The notes: generated from the letters alone by a model not told the origin. A stretch of 64,000 bases of DNA from Acidimicrobiales bacterium (GCA_039583695.1 JAVKSL010000005.1:12648-76647); one strand, 5' to 3'; shown: positions 43,163 through 52,744, counted from the first letter of the stretch. Numbers and translations: made by a program.

Positions 43163-44358
43163 TGGGCGCGCTGGCGGGGGCTGTCCTTCCGATCTCGCCG
43201 GTCACCGACCCACTGTTCGCCAAGGGCGTGGGCTTGACGGTCGTGCTGATCGTGCTGGTCAAGGTGGTGGTCGCATTCGTGGCGCTGCTGATCGCGGTGC
43301 TGGGGATGATCTGGTTCGAGCGCAAGGTGATCTCGGACATGCAAAACCGGATCGGCCCCAACCGGGCCGGGCCGTTCGGCATCCTGCAGAGCCTGGCTGA
43401 TGGGACCAAGCTGCTCTTCAAGGAGGACCTCATTCCCGAGCGGGCGGACCGCTGGGTGTTCCGCCTGGCCCCGTTCCTGTCGGTGGTGCCCGCGTTCGGC
43501 CTGTTCGCCATCGTGCCGGTGGGGGGGAACATCACCATCTTCGGGCACACCACCGAGCTTCAGGTGGCTGACCCTCCAATCGGCATCCTGTGGATGCTGG
43601 TCGCCTCCGCGATCGCGGTCTATGGCGTGATGCTCGCGGGCTGGTCGTCGGGGTCCAAGTACCCCCTGCTGGGCGGCATCAGGGCGTCCGCGCAGATGGT
43701 CTCCTATGAGGCCGCGCTCGGCCTGTCGATCGTCGCGGTGGTGCTCATCACCGGCTCGCTCCATACGAGCGCCATAGTGGCCTCCCAGGACGCCAACCTT
43801 TACGGGCCGCTGCCCACCTGGAACGTGCTGCGCCTAGGGGTGGTGCCGTTCCTGATCTTCTTGGTGGCGATCACCGCCGAGCTCAACCGACCTCCCTTCG
43901 ACCTGGCCGAGGCGGAGCAGGAGCTGGTCGGGGGATTCCACACCGAGTACTCCTCGTTTCGGTTCTCGTTGTTCTTCCTGGCTGAGTTCATGAACGTGGT
44001 CACCATGTCGGCGATCATGGTCACGTTGTTCTTCGGGGGCCCGGACGGGCCGGCGCCCCATGTGGTGCGCTGGCTGTGGCCGATCCTGTGGTTCCTGGGC
44101 AAGACCATCATCTTTTGCTACTTCTACGTGTGGCTGCGGGCCACCCTTCCCCGGTTGCGCTACGACCAGCTGATGGAGCTGGGCTGGAAGGTGCTGATCC
44201 CCGGCTCGCTGTTCTGGCTGCTCATCATCGCCGGGATGCTCATAGACGACCGTTGGGGATTTGCCATCTTCGGCGGAGGGATCGTGGTCTCGCTGCTCCT
44301 AATCCGGGCCATGACCGTGAGCAGGCAGCGCTCAGCCGCGGATGAGCTGGGCGCCTGA
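43162..44358 (+). CDS. nuoH: NADH-quinone oxidoreductase subunit H
   Basis: ERKVISDMQNRIGPNRAGPFGILQSLADG, NRPPFDLAEAEQELVGGFHTEYS. Confidence 0.92.
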   Translation: MGALAGAVLPISPVTDPLFAKGVGLTVVLIVLVKVVVAFVALLIAVLGMIWFERKVISDMQNRIGPNRAGPFGILQSLADGTKLLFKEDLIPERADRWVFRLAPFLSVVPAFGLFAIVPVGGNITIFGHTTELQVADPPIGILWMLVASAIAVYGVMLAGWSSGSKYPLLGGIRASAQMVSYEAALGLSIVAVVLITGSLHTSAIVASQDANLYGPLPTWNVLRLGVVPFLIFLVAITAELNRPPFDLAEAEQELVGGFHTEYSSFRFSLFFLAEFMNVVTMSAIMVTLFFGGPDGPAPHVVRWLWPILWFLGKTIIFCYFYVWLRATLPRLRYDQLMELGWKVLIPGSLFWLLIIAGMLIDDRWGFAIFGGGIVVSLLLIRAMTVSRQRSAADELGA

Positions 44359-45257
44359 TGCCCGGATTGGACGCGATAAAGGGCTTCAAGGTAACCATGC
44401 ACCAGGTCTTCGCGCCCCGGATCACCACCGAGTACCCGGAGCAAAAGCGGCCCAAGCCGCCCCGCTTCCACGGGCGCCACGTGCTCGGCCGCTACGAGGA
44501 CGGCATGGAGAAGTGCATCGGCTGCGAGCTCTGCGCGGGGGTGTGCCCGGCTCATTGCATCTACGTCCGGGGGGCGGACAACCCCCCCGATTCGCCGGTC
44601 TCGCCGGGAGAGCGCTACGGGTTCGTGTACGAGATCAACTTCTTGCGCTGCATTCACTGCGACCTGTGTGTGGAGGCCTGTCCGACTGAGGCGATCACCG
44701 AGTCCAAGATGTTCGAATTCTCCTTCACCAACCGCTCAGATGCCATCTACACCAAGGCCGAGCTGCTGGTCGGCGACGATGGCAAGCCGAAGGTGCTGCC
44801 CTGGGAGGACTGGCGCGAAGGTGACGACGAGATGACCTCGGGTTGGATGCGTGCCACCTCGCCATCGGGGATGGCCGCCTTCGAGGGGGTGCGCCAGTGG
44901 TCGGCCGACCTGGGCTACGGCGTCCGGGCGGGGGAGAGCGGCCAGTCGCCTGGGGCTGCCGAGGACGAGGTGAACGCCTTCCCGGTGCGTGAGCACGAGG
45001 CCAACCACCTGCCGGGGGTCACCGGGCGCCGGGCCAGGGTCAAGGCCCGGCGGGCGGGGGTGCGCCCCGGCGGGGTGGCTGCCTTCGCCAAGCCCAGGGC
45101 CAAGCCCGGCACGATCCAGGGAGCGCTGGGGCCCAAGCACCGCCCGAGCATGAAGGAGAAGGTCCTGGACCGGCTCAACGCCGGACCGGTGAAGTTCGGC
45201 TCCTCTGGTCGGGGACGGCCAGGGTCGGCTGGGTCTGGCAAGGCGAGGCCCAGATGA
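44358..45257 (+). CDS. nuoI: NADH-quinone oxidoreductase subunit I with a basic C-terminal extension of about 120 aa
   Basis: CIGCELCAGVCP and CIHCDLCVEACP ferredoxin motifs. Confidence 0.9.
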   Translation: MPGLDAIKGFKVTMHQVFAPRITTEYPEQKRPKPPRFHGRHVLGRYEDGMEKCIGCELCAGVCPAHCIYVRGADNPPDSPVSPGERYGFVYEINFLRCIHCDLCVEACPTEAITESKMFEFSFTNRSDAIYTKAELLVGDDGKPKVLPWEDWREGDDEMTSGWMRATSPSGMAAFEGVRQWSADLGYGVRAGESGQSPGAAEDEVNAFPVREHEANHLPGVTGRRARVKARRAGVRPGGVAAFAKPRAKPGTIQGALGPKHRPSMKEKVLDRLNAGPVKFGSSGRGRPGSAGSGKARPR

Positions 45258-45946
45258 CGCCGAACCTCCTGGGGGTAACGATTCCTGACGGCATCACTTT
45301 CGCCGGGGCGGCGCTGATGTGCCTGGTGGGGGCGTTCGGCGTGGTGCTGGCCCGCAACCCGGTCCACTCGGCCCTGTTCCTGATCCTCACCCTGTTTGGC
45401 GTGGCGGTGCTGTTCGTGGAACAGGACGCCCAGTTCCTGGCCGCGGTCCAGGTGATCGTGTACGCCGGGGCGATAGTCGTGCTTTTCCTCTTCGTCATCA
45501 TGCTCATCGGAGTTGACCGCCGGGAGCGCCTGGCCGCGGACCCGCTCCGGGCACAGCGGCCGATGGCTGTGCTGCTCGGGCTGATGGTGCTGGCCGAGGT
45601 GCTCTTGCTGGCACGCACAGCGTGGCCCGCCGGGCAGGCTTCGGTGGCCGGAGTGGCGAGCGGAGCCAGCTCGAACGTGGCCAAGCTGGGCGATTCGGTG
45701 TTCACCACCTACCTGCTTGCCTTCGAGGTGACCTCGGCACTCCTGGTCATCGCGGTGGTTGGTGCCGTGGTGCTGGCCCGCAGGACCCGGCCGGACCGCC
45801 GGTCCGAACCGCCGCCTGCGGTGTCGGAGGAGCCTGTTGCGACGCCGGGCCCAGAGCCGGCGCTGGTTGGGGACCCAGAGCCGGTACCTGTCGCGATACC
45901 GGCGGCGGCATCGGTGCTGGCTGAGGATGAGGAGGTGCCCAGTTGA
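45254..45946 (+). CDS. nuoJ: NADH-quinone oxidoreductase subunit J
   Basis: [17 protein letters not shown]...[18 protein letters not shown]. Confidence 0.88.
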   Translation: MTPNLLGVTIPDGITFAGAALMCLVGAFGVVLARNPVHSALFLILTLFGVAVLFVEQDAQFLAAVQVIVYAGAIVVLFLFVIMLIGVDRRERLAADPLRAQRPMAVLLGLMVLAEVLLLARTAWPAGQASVAGVASGASSNVAKLGDSVFTTYLLAFEVTSALLVIAVVGAVVLARRTRPDRRSEPPPAVSEEPVATPGPEPALVGDPEPVPVAIPAAASVLAEDEEVPS

Positions 45947-46248
45947 GCATTGGGGGAGCGTGGTATCTGACCCTGGCGGCGGCGATCTTCTCCATCGGAG
46001 CGGTGGGCCTGCTGCTGCGGCGAAACGTGCTGGTCATGTTCATGTGTGTGGAGCTGATGCTCAACGCCGCCAACCTGACCTTCGTCACCTTTGCCCGGAT
46101 GTTGAACGACATCGGGGGCCAGGTCCTGGTCTTTTTCGTGCTCGTGGTCGCTGCTGCCGAGGTCGTGGTCGGTCTGGGGATCATCGTGTCCATCTACCGC
46201 AGGCGGCCTGGCGCCACCGCGGACGACCTCCACGTGCTGAAGGGCTAG
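45943..46248 (+). CDS. nuoK: NADH-quinone oxidoreductase subunit K
   Basis: 101 aa. [12 protein letters not shown]...[11 protein letters not shown]. Confidence 0.9.
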   Translation: MSIGGAWYLTLAAAIFSIGAVGLLLRRNVLVMFMCVELMLNAANLTFVTFARMLNDIGGQVLVFFVLVVAAAEVVVGLGIIVSIYRRRPGATADDLHVLKG

Positions 46249-46254
46249 GGGACC

Positions 46255-48303
46255 GTGCTCCACGCAGCGTTTCTCATCGTGGTGCTCCCGCTGGTTGGGT
46301 TCTTTGTCCTGCTCATCGCGGGCCGCCGGCTGGGCAACCCGTGGGCCGGATGGCTGGCGACGGGCATGGTCAGCCTGTCCTTCGTGGCTGCGCTGGTCAC
46401 TTTTGTGGGCCTGGCATTGCGGACGGGGGGGCATCGGGTATTCGTCCAGAGGTTGTTCGACTGGCTTCCGGTGGGGGGCTTCAACGCCAACGTGGCGCTG
46501 AGGGTGGACCCGCTCTCGATGGTGATGGCCCTGTTCGTCACCGGGGTCAGCGCGATCATCCACCTCTACTCGATCGGCTACATGGAGCACGACGAGGGCT
46601 TCTCCAAGTTCTTCGTCTACCTCAACCTGTTCGTGTTCTCCATGCTCATCCTGGTGCTGTCGAACAACTTCGTTTTCACCTTCGTCGGCTGGGAGGGGGT
46701 GGGTGCGTGCTCTTACTGGTTGATCTCGTTCTGGTTCGACAAGGACTCGGCCGCCAGCGCGGGCAAGAAGGCGTTCGTGTACAACCGGATCGGCGACCTC
46801 GGCTTCGTGGTGGCCATGGCCTTTTTGTTCAGCTCCACCGGGACCCTCAGCTACACCGGGGTGTTCGCCGCGGCGACCAGCGGCCACATCACCCAGACCA
46901 CTGCCACGGCGGTTGGCCTATTGCTGTTCTTGGGGGCGGTGGGCAAGTCCGCCCAGATCCCGCTGTACCCGTGGCTGCTGGATGCCATGGAGGGCCCGAC
47001 GCCTGTATCCGCCCTGATCCACGCCGCGACCATGGTCACCGCGGGCGTCTACCTGATGGTCCGTATCAGTCCCATCCTGGCGCTCACCCCGGTGACGATG
47101 ACCATCATCGCCAGCTTTGGCGTCGCTACCGCCTTCGCTGCCGCGCTTGCCGCCAGCGCCCAATCCGACATCAAGAAGGTCCTGGCGTTCTCGACGGTCT
47201 CCCAGCTCGGGTACATGTTCCTGGCGGTCGGGTCGGGGGCCTACAGCGCGGCGATCTTCTTGATGGTCGCCCACGCCTTCTACAAGGCCCTGCTGTTCCT
47301 CGGCGCCGGCTCGGTGATCCATGGCATGGGTGACGAGCAGGACCTGAAACGCATGGGGGGCCTGCGCAAGTACATGCCGGTGACCTCAGGGACGTTCCTG
47401 GTTGCCTGGCTGGCTATCGCCGGGGTGTTCCCGCTGGCCGGCTTCTGGGCCAAGGGGGCAGTCCTGACCGGGGCCTTCGCCAACAACCATGCGATGTGGG
47501 TGCTCGGCGAGCTGACGGTCATACTCACCGCTTACTACATAGGCCGGGAGTTCTACTTGTGCTTCTACGGCGAGGAGCGCTGGCGCCGCATAGCCGACCT
47601 GGCGACGGGCGTCCCCGGGGGCCCCGGACGGTTGGTTGCCGGGACTGCGGCGGCCGGCGACGCTGGGCTTGGCCCGGCTGGCGACGCTGGGCCTGCGGCG
47701 GCCGGCGACGCTGGGCCTGCGGCGGCCGGGCCGGTCGGGCACCACGGCTTGGCGGCGGGCGCCGGGCCGCATGAGTGCCGTCCTGTGATGCTGGTTCCCC
47801 TGGTTGTGCTGGCGGTCGCTGCGATCTTCGCTGGCCTGCTGGACCTGCCATTCCACCCGAGCTGGCCATTCTTGGACCACTGGCTGGCGCCGGTCGTCGG
47901 CGCCTTCGAGCATCCCTCCCCGGCTGGGCTCGGCCTGGCTGTCGGCCTGCCGGTGATCGATGGGGTGATGGCCCTGTTGGGCGTGGGTATCGTCACCGCT
48001 CTGTGGCTAAGGCACTGGGATCGGCCCGAGCTGGAACCTCTCGTGCTGCGCAAGGGGTGGTTCCTGGATTCCATCTACGAGGCCACCATTGCCCGGCCGG
48101 GCTACCTGGTGGCGGGCTTCGCCGCCTTCGTGGTGGACAACCGGGTCATCGACGGGGTGGTGAACGGTTCGGCGAGCCTTGTCCAAGTGCTCGGCTCCAA
48201 GGTCCGTCGCCTGCAGACCGGCTACGTGCGTAACTACGCCCTTGGCCTGGCGGCTGGGGCAGTTGTACTGATGGCCTGGGTGCTGTCCCGGGCCGGGGTC
48301 TGA
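46255..48303 (+). CDS. nuoL: NADH-quinone oxidoreductase subunit L
   Basis: WEGVGACSYWLISFW, GKSAQIPLYPWLLDAMEGPTPVSALIHAATMVTAGVY. Confidence 0.92.
   Translation: MLHAAFLIVVLPLVGFFVLLIAGRRLGNPWAGWLATGMVSLSFVAALVTFVGLALRTGGHRVFVQRLFDWLPVGGFNANVALRVDPLSMVMALFVTGVSAIIHLYSIGYMEHDEGFSKFFVYLNLFVFSMLILVLSNNFVFTFVGWEGVGACSYWLISFWFDKDSAASAGKKAFVYNRIGDLGFVVAMAFLFSSTGTLSYTGVFAAATSGHITQTTATAVGLLLFLGAVGKSAQIPLYPWLLDAMEGPTPVSALIHAATMVTAGVYLMVRISPILALTPVTMTIIASFGVATAFAAALAASAQSDIKKVLAFSTVSQLGYMFLAVGSGAYSAAIFLMVAHAFYKALLFLGAGSVIHGMGDEQDLKRMGGLRKYMPVTSGTFLVAWLAIAGVFPLAGFWAKGAVLTGAFANNHAMWVLGELTVILTAYYIGREFYLCFYGEERWRRIADLATGVPGGPGRLVAGTAAAGDAGLGPAGDAGPAAAGDAGPAAAGPVGHHGLAAGAGPHECRPVMLVPLVVLAVAAIFAGLLDLPFHPSWPFLDHWLAPVVGAFEHPSPAGLGLAVGLPVIDGVMALLGVGIVTALWLRHWDRPELEPLVLRKGWFLDSIYEATIARPGYLVAGFAAFVVDNRVIDGVVNGSASLVQVLGSKVRRLQTGYVRNYALGLAAGAVVLMAWVLSRAGV
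47653..47724. repeat. 24-bp in-frame tandem repeat x3 in nuoL encoding (AGDAG[LP][GA][PA])3
   Basis: Units at 47653, 47677 and 47701; the last two differ at 1 nt. Confidence 0.85.
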
Positions 48304-48314
48304 GGGGCAGGGCC

Positions 48315-49964
48315 GTGCCGGACGGTTCCGCGGTGCATGCGCTGCTGGGCCAGGTGAGCGCGGCTCACGACTACCTGCTGACCTCGATCGTGGGACTGCC
48401 TGTGGTGGCTGCGGTCGTGGTGGCGGTGCTCCCGGCCAGGGAGCGCCTGGTACGCGCGGTGGGGGTCTTCACCGTCCTCGCCACGCTCGCGCTGGCCATT
48501 GTCATCGGGGTCGAGTTCGTCCCCGGCGTGGCGGGCTATCAGATGGTGGCCAACTACGCCTGGATACCCACCTTTGGAATTTCCTTCCATCTGGGGGTCG
48601 ACGGGATCTCGCTGTTCCTGGTGCTCCTGACCGGGGCATTGTTCCCCCTGGCCCTGGTGGGCGGGGCGGTGAAGCGCAACCCCAAGAGCTACGTGGCCTG
48701 GATGCTCCTCCTGGAGGCGGCCTGCATGGGGAGCTTCCTGTCGCTGGACCTGTTCCTGTTCTTCGTCTTCTTCGAGCTGACCTTGGTACCGATCTACTTC
48801 GTGATCGCCGGCTGGGGGTTCGAGAGGCGCGGGTATGCGGCGGTCAAGTTCTTCTTGTACACCTTCTTGGGCTCGGCCTTCTTCTTCGTGGGAATGCTGG
48901 CTGTGGTGTTCATCCACGCCGACCACACGGGCCAGGTGACCTTCAACTTGTTGCGCCTGGAAGCTGACCCTGGGGTCCTGGGCGGGGTCGGGGTCTGGTT
49001 GTTCCTCGCCTTCACCGCCGCGTTCGCGGTGAAGGCCCCGCTCTTTCCCTTTCACACCTGGTCACCAGACGCGTATGCCGAGGCACCCACCGGTGGGGTG
49101 ATAATCCTGGCCTCGGTGATGGCCAAGCTCGGGACCTACGGGATGATCCGCTTCGACCTCGGCCTGTTCCCCAAGGCCAGCGTGTACTTCGTGCCCCTGA
49201 TGCTGACCCTGGCGGTGATCGGGATCATCTACGGCGCCGTCGTGGCGTGCCGCCAACCCGACCTCAAGCGACTCGTTGCCTACTCGTCGGTGTCCCACAT
49301 GGGCTTCATCGTGCTCGGTCTGTTTGCGCTCACCGCCCAGTCGATGACCGGCGGGGTGATCGAGATGCTCAACCACGGCCTGTACACGGCTGCCCTGTTC
49401 CTGCTCATCGGGTTCATCTACCGGCGCTGGGGGACCTGGCAGGCCAACGAGCTGCGGGGGATCCAACGCGTGGCACCCATCCTGGCGGGTGCCTTCACGG
49501 TGGCAATGATGGCAGCCATCGGCCTGCCTGGCCTGAACGGCTTTGTGGGCGAGTTCCTGATCCTGATCGGCACCTTCGTGACCCATCGATGGTGGGCCGT
49601 GGCCGCCGCGTCGGGGGTCGTCATCGCCTCGATATACATGCTGTGGGCTTTCCAGCAGGCCTTCCACGGCAAGCCCAGGGGGGTTGTGGCCCAGCCCGCC
49701 GGCGCGGCCACCGGGCCGGGAGCGTTGCGAGGGGTGGTTGGGGACCTGAGCATGGGTGAGCGGGCATTGATAATCCCGCTCCTTTTGGTGATCGCCTTCC
49801 TCGGGGTCTACCCTGCCCCGGTGCTCAACCGGATCACTCCCTCGGTAGATGCCCTGATCTCCCACGTCGAGGTCAACAGCCACTATGTCGAGCCGCCGGT
49901 GGCGAACCTGGGATCCCGGTTCGTCGCCGTTCGGACCTCCACCAAGCCGGCTGGGGGCGGCTGA
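48315..49964 (+). CDS. nuoM: NADH-quinone oxidoreductase subunit M
   Basis: AVKAPLFPFHTWSPDAYAEAPTGGVIILASVMAKLGTYG. Confidence 0.92.
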   Translation: MPDGSAVHALLGQVSAAHDYLLTSIVGLPVVAAVVVAVLPARERLVRAVGVFTVLATLALAIVIGVEFVPGVAGYQMVANYAWIPTFGISFHLGVDGISLFLVLLTGALFPLALVGGAVKRNPKSYVAWMLLLEAACMGSFLSLDLFLFFVFFELTLVPIYFVIAGWGFERRGYAAVKFFLYTFLGSAFFFVGMLAVVFIHADHTGQVTFNLLRLEADPGVLGGVGVWLFLAFTAAFAVKAPLFPFHTWSPDAYAEAPTGGVIILASVMAKLGTYGMIRFDLGLFPKASVYFVPLMLTLAVIGIIYGAVVACRQPDLKRLVAYSSVSHMGFIVLGLFALTAQSMTGGVIEMLNHGLYTAALFLLIGFIYRRWGTWQANELRGIQRVAPILAGAFTVAMMAAIGLPGLNGFVGEFLILIGTFVTHRWWAVAAASGVVIASIYMLWAFQQAFHGKPRGVVAQPAGAATGPGALRGVVGDLSMGERALIIPLLLVIAFLGVYPAPVLNRITPSVDALISHVEVNSHYVEPPVANLGSRFVAVRTSTKPAGGG

Positions 49965-51742
49965 TGTACGTGGCTCTGGCCACTTCGATCGGGGTTCCGG
50001 TCACCCCGCTCGGACCGCTGGTCCGGCCCCCTATCGCTTACACGGCGATCATGCCTGAGCTGATCCTGCTGGGCGGCGCGCTCGGGGTGCTGGTACTGGC
50101 TTCTCTGACCTCGCGACGGCTGCACACGATGGTCCACGCGGCGGCCACCGTCGCCGTTTCACTGGCGGCCATGGGCTGGACCGTGATCGTGCTGTGGCCC
50201 CGGGTGACCGGCCACGGCGCCGGCCCCCACGGCGCGTTCAGCGCGCTGTCGGGAATGGTGGCCGTGGACGGGTTCACGCTCTTGGTTTTCGTGCTGGTCG
50301 AAGCCTCGATAATCCTGGGCGTGGCAGTGTGTGCGGCCTGGCTGGAGCGCGAGGGCATCACTGGTCCAGAGCTGTACGTCCTGGCCCTGTTCTCAGGAGC
50401 AGGGGCCATGCTGATGGCGACGGCCAACGACCTCATCTTGATCTTCCTGGGCCTGGAGATCCTTTCGATCCCCCTGTACATCCTGGCCGGGCTCAACGCT
50501 CGGAGGGAGGACTCGGGCGAGGCCGCGATGAAGTACTTCATCCTCGGGGCGTTCTCCTCGGCCATCTTCATCTACGGGGTGGCCCTGACCTACGGCGCCA
50601 CCGGGTCCACCAATCTGGCCCAGATCGCCACTTTCTTGAGCACCAACGTCCTGGCCTCCAACGGCTTGGTGCTCGCCGGGATGGCGCTGCTGCTGGTCGG
50701 CTTCAGCTTCAAGATCGCCGCGGTGCCGTTCCACACCTGGACGCCGGACGTCTATCAGGGCTCGCCGTCCCCGGTCACCGGGTTCATGGCGGCAGTGGCC
50801 AAGGCAGGTGGGTTCGCTGCCTTGCTCCGGGTGTTCTTCTCCGCGTTTTCCACCCTGCGCCTCGACTGGCAGCCGGCTATCTGGGCGCTTGCTGTGCTGA
50901 GCCTGGTGGTGGGGGCCGTGCTGGCGGTGATGCAGGCTGACATCAAGCGGATGATGGCTTACTCGTCCATCAGCCACGCCGGCTTCGTGGTGGTGGGTCT
51001 TTACGCGGCGACCGTGGCCGGGATCTCGGGCTCGCTGTATTACCTGCTTGCATACGCTTTCATGGTGATTGGAACGTTCGCGGTCATCACTGTTGTCGGT
51101 GGAGGCGGCGACGGGAATCACAGGATCGAGGCCTACAGGGGCCTGGCAAAACGCAACCCTGTCCTGGCTGCGTGCATGACGGTGCTATTGATTGCCCAGG
51201 CAGGCATCCCCTTCACCACGGGGTTCTTCGCCAAGTTCTACGTGATCGCGGCTGCCATTGCCCAGGGCCAGTACGTGATTGCCGTGATTGCCATGGTCTC
51301 GGCGGTGATCGCGGCGTTCTTCTACCTTCGGGTGGTCGTGGTCATGTACACTCCGGGCGCTCGGGCTGGAGGCCCTGGTGATCGGGCTCAGCTGGCTCTC
51401 GCTGGCGTGCGGATACCGGCTATGGCTGGGTCGGTGGGGGCTTCCAGGGCCTCGGTGGGTAGCCCCAGGGTGTCGGGGGGCCTTTCTGGCGACGACCTGG
51501 ATGGCTTGGCCTCGACCGCGAGCGGGCTGGCGACGGATGGCGGGCCGGAGATGGCGACTGTTGGCGGGTCAGCGCCGGCGGCTACCGCGATGCAGGGGCT
51601 GGGGGCAACTGGGCTCGAGCGCCTTCGGGTTCCCGTGGCAATCTGGGCGGTGCTCTTCGTGACCGTGGTGGTCACCGTGGGTTTTGGGGTCTACCCAGCG
51701 CCGCTGGTCGACTTCGCCAAGCAGGCCACCCTGCTGTTCTGA
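49964..51742 (+). CDS. nuoN: NADH-quinone oxidoreductase subunit N (with a Gly/Ala/Ser-rich insertion of about 100 aa before the last TM)
   Basis: FKIAAVPFHTWTPDVYQGSPSPVTGFMA. ATGA-type overlap with nuoM. Confidence 0.9.
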   Translation: MYVALATSIGVPVTPLGPLVRPPIAYTAIMPELILLGGALGVLVLASLTSRRLHTMVHAAATVAVSLAAMGWTVIVLWPRVTGHGAGPHGAFSALSGMVAVDGFTLLVFVLVEASIILGVAVCAAWLEREGITGPELYVLALFSGAGAMLMATANDLILIFLGLEILSIPLYILAGLNARREDSGEAAMKYFILGAFSSAIFIYGVALTYGATGSTNLAQIATFLSTNVLASNGLVLAGMALLLVGFSFKIAAVPFHTWTPDVYQGSPSPVTGFMAAVAKAGGFAALLRVFFSAFSTLRLDWQPAIWALAVLSLVVGAVLAVMQADIKRMMAYSSISHAGFVVVGLYAATVAGISGSLYYLLAYAFMVIGTFAVITVVGGGGDGNHRIEAYRGLAKRNPVLAACMTVLLIAQAGIPFTTGFFAKFYVIAAAIAQGQYVIAVIAMVSAVIAAFFYLRVVVVMYTPGARAGGPGDRAQLALAGVRIPAMAGSVGASRASVGSPRVSGGLSGDDLDGLASTASGLATDGGPEMATVGGSAPAATAMQGLGATGLERLRVPVAIWAVLFVTVVVTVGFGVYPAPLVDFAKQATLLF

Positions 51743-51762
51743 CCAGGGCTGTTCGGATCAGG
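51691..51762 (+). repeat. nuoN 3' end plus downstream sequence, copy A of a diverged direct repeat (partner 52770-52836)
   Basis: CTACCC...CGCTGGTCGACTTCGCCAAGCAGGCCACCCTGCTGTTCTGACCAGGGCTGTTCGGATCAGG versus CTATCCCGCTGTTGGACTTTGCCAGGCGGGCCACCCTGCTGTTCTGATCGGGGCTGTTTTGATCAGG. Confidence 0.8.
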
Positions 51763-51803
51763 GCTGTTCGGATCAGGGCTGTTCGGATCAGGGCTGTCCT
51801 AGG
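51744..51803. repeat. 15-bp tandem repeat CAGGGCTGTTCGGAT, 3 units plus 1 diverged, immediately after the nuoN stop
   Basis: Units at 51744, 51759 and 51774 are identical; the unit at 51789 is diverged. Confidence 0.9.
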
Positions 51804-51807
51804 ATGA

Positions 51808-52236
51808 ATGTCCTTGCCTGGTGAACGATCCCAAGTCCGGTTGCGTCGGGGGGCGATCTGCGTGGACGCCCTTGCCGGACGAATCGCGGACGCACTTGCT
51901 TGCGGCCGTGACGAGGAGGCCTGGCGCTGGCTGATCCAGTTCGTGGACGACTTCCGGGGTTCGTCCCCTCGCGGGCAAGCCACGCTTGTGAACGCGCGCC
52001 CCCCGCTCACCGGCGCTCGACGCTACGACGCGGCGCTCGCCGCGTTGGTCGAGCACTTGTCTGCCCAGGCCGACATAGCCACACCTCGTTGGACGGGAGA
52101 GCCGGAGCGCTTTGCAGAGCCGTGGTGGTTCGTGGCGGGGCTGGCTGGCTACCGTGCCGTCGCACTCCGAGACAGCCCGATCTCCTTCAAGCGCCACGGG
52201 GTATTTGTCACCGCAGGGGCCTTCGAGCGTGTTTGA
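51808..52236 (+). CDS. Hypothetical protein (142 aa), first gene of the two-gene NTase cassette
   Basis: Track ORF. Stop overlaps the next gene's GTG (GTGTTTGA). No domain recognised by eye. Confidence 0.55.
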   Translation: MSLPGERSQVRLRRGAICVDALAGRIADALACGRDEEAWRWLIQFVDDFRGSSPRGQATLVNARPPLTGARRYDAALAALVEHLSAQADIATPRWTGEPERFAEPWWFVAGLAGYRAVALRDSPISFKRHGVFVTAGAFERV

Positions 52237-52744
52237 GCTGCTCGGACGGGCCGAGATCCTGGCCGCGTTCGACAAGCTATCGTCGGAGCTTGCTCGGCGT
52301 GGTCTGCGTGCCGACATCTTCGTCGTCGGGGGTGCAGCCATGGCGCTGGCTTATGCCCCTGAGAGGCGAACCCGCGACGTGGACGCAGTGTTCTCCGATC
52401 CCAGCGCCGTTTACGAGGCAGCGCGCGCGGTTGCACGCCGGATGGGCCTGCCGTCAGACTGGCTCAACGACGCGGTCCGCAGCTACCTCCTCGGAACGGA
52501 CTCGCAGGAGCGTCCAGTCTACGAGAGCCGCTCACTTCAGGTCGCCATCGCCTCCCCCCCCTACTTGCTGGCGATGAAGCTGCTGGCTGCGAGGGTGGAG
52601 CAGGACGTCGGCGACATCCGATCGCTTTACGACATCTGTGGCTACTCCGAGCCAGCTGACGGACGACGCCTCTTGGAGCGCTACCTACCCGGAGTTGCGG
52701 TTCCGGACAAGACGGCTGACCTGTTGGACGAGCTATTCGGCTGA
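52229..52744 (+). CDS. Small nucleotidyltransferase-fold protein (MNT/DUF6036-like)
   Basis: ADIFVVGGAAMALAYAPERRTRDVDAVF (GG...D.D pol-beta NTase signature). I chose the GTG at 52229 because the upstream part of the track ORF overlaps the previous gene. Confidence 0.65.
   Translation: MFELLGRAEILAAFDKLSSELARRGLRADIFVVGGAAMALAYAPERRTRDVDAVFSDPSAVYEAARAVARRMGLPSDWLNDAVRSYLLGTDSQERPVYESRSLQVAIASPPYLLAMKLLAARVEQDVGDIRSLYDICGYSEPADGRRLLERYLPGVAVPDKTADLLDELFG

Noticed and set aside
45709-47333. ORFs 45709-46887 (-) and 45759-47333 (+)
   Set aside because: They are out-of-frame or antisense to nuoJ/K/L and have a low-complexity His/Arg/Gly composition.
48283-48301. Partial match (GGCCGGGGTCT) to the tRNA-Lys 3' segment as a candidate att repeat
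   Set aside because: Only about 11 nt match. It lies inside the nuoL 3' end, 36 kb to the right of the tRNA, which is the wrong side for an element whose integrase lies left of the tRNA.
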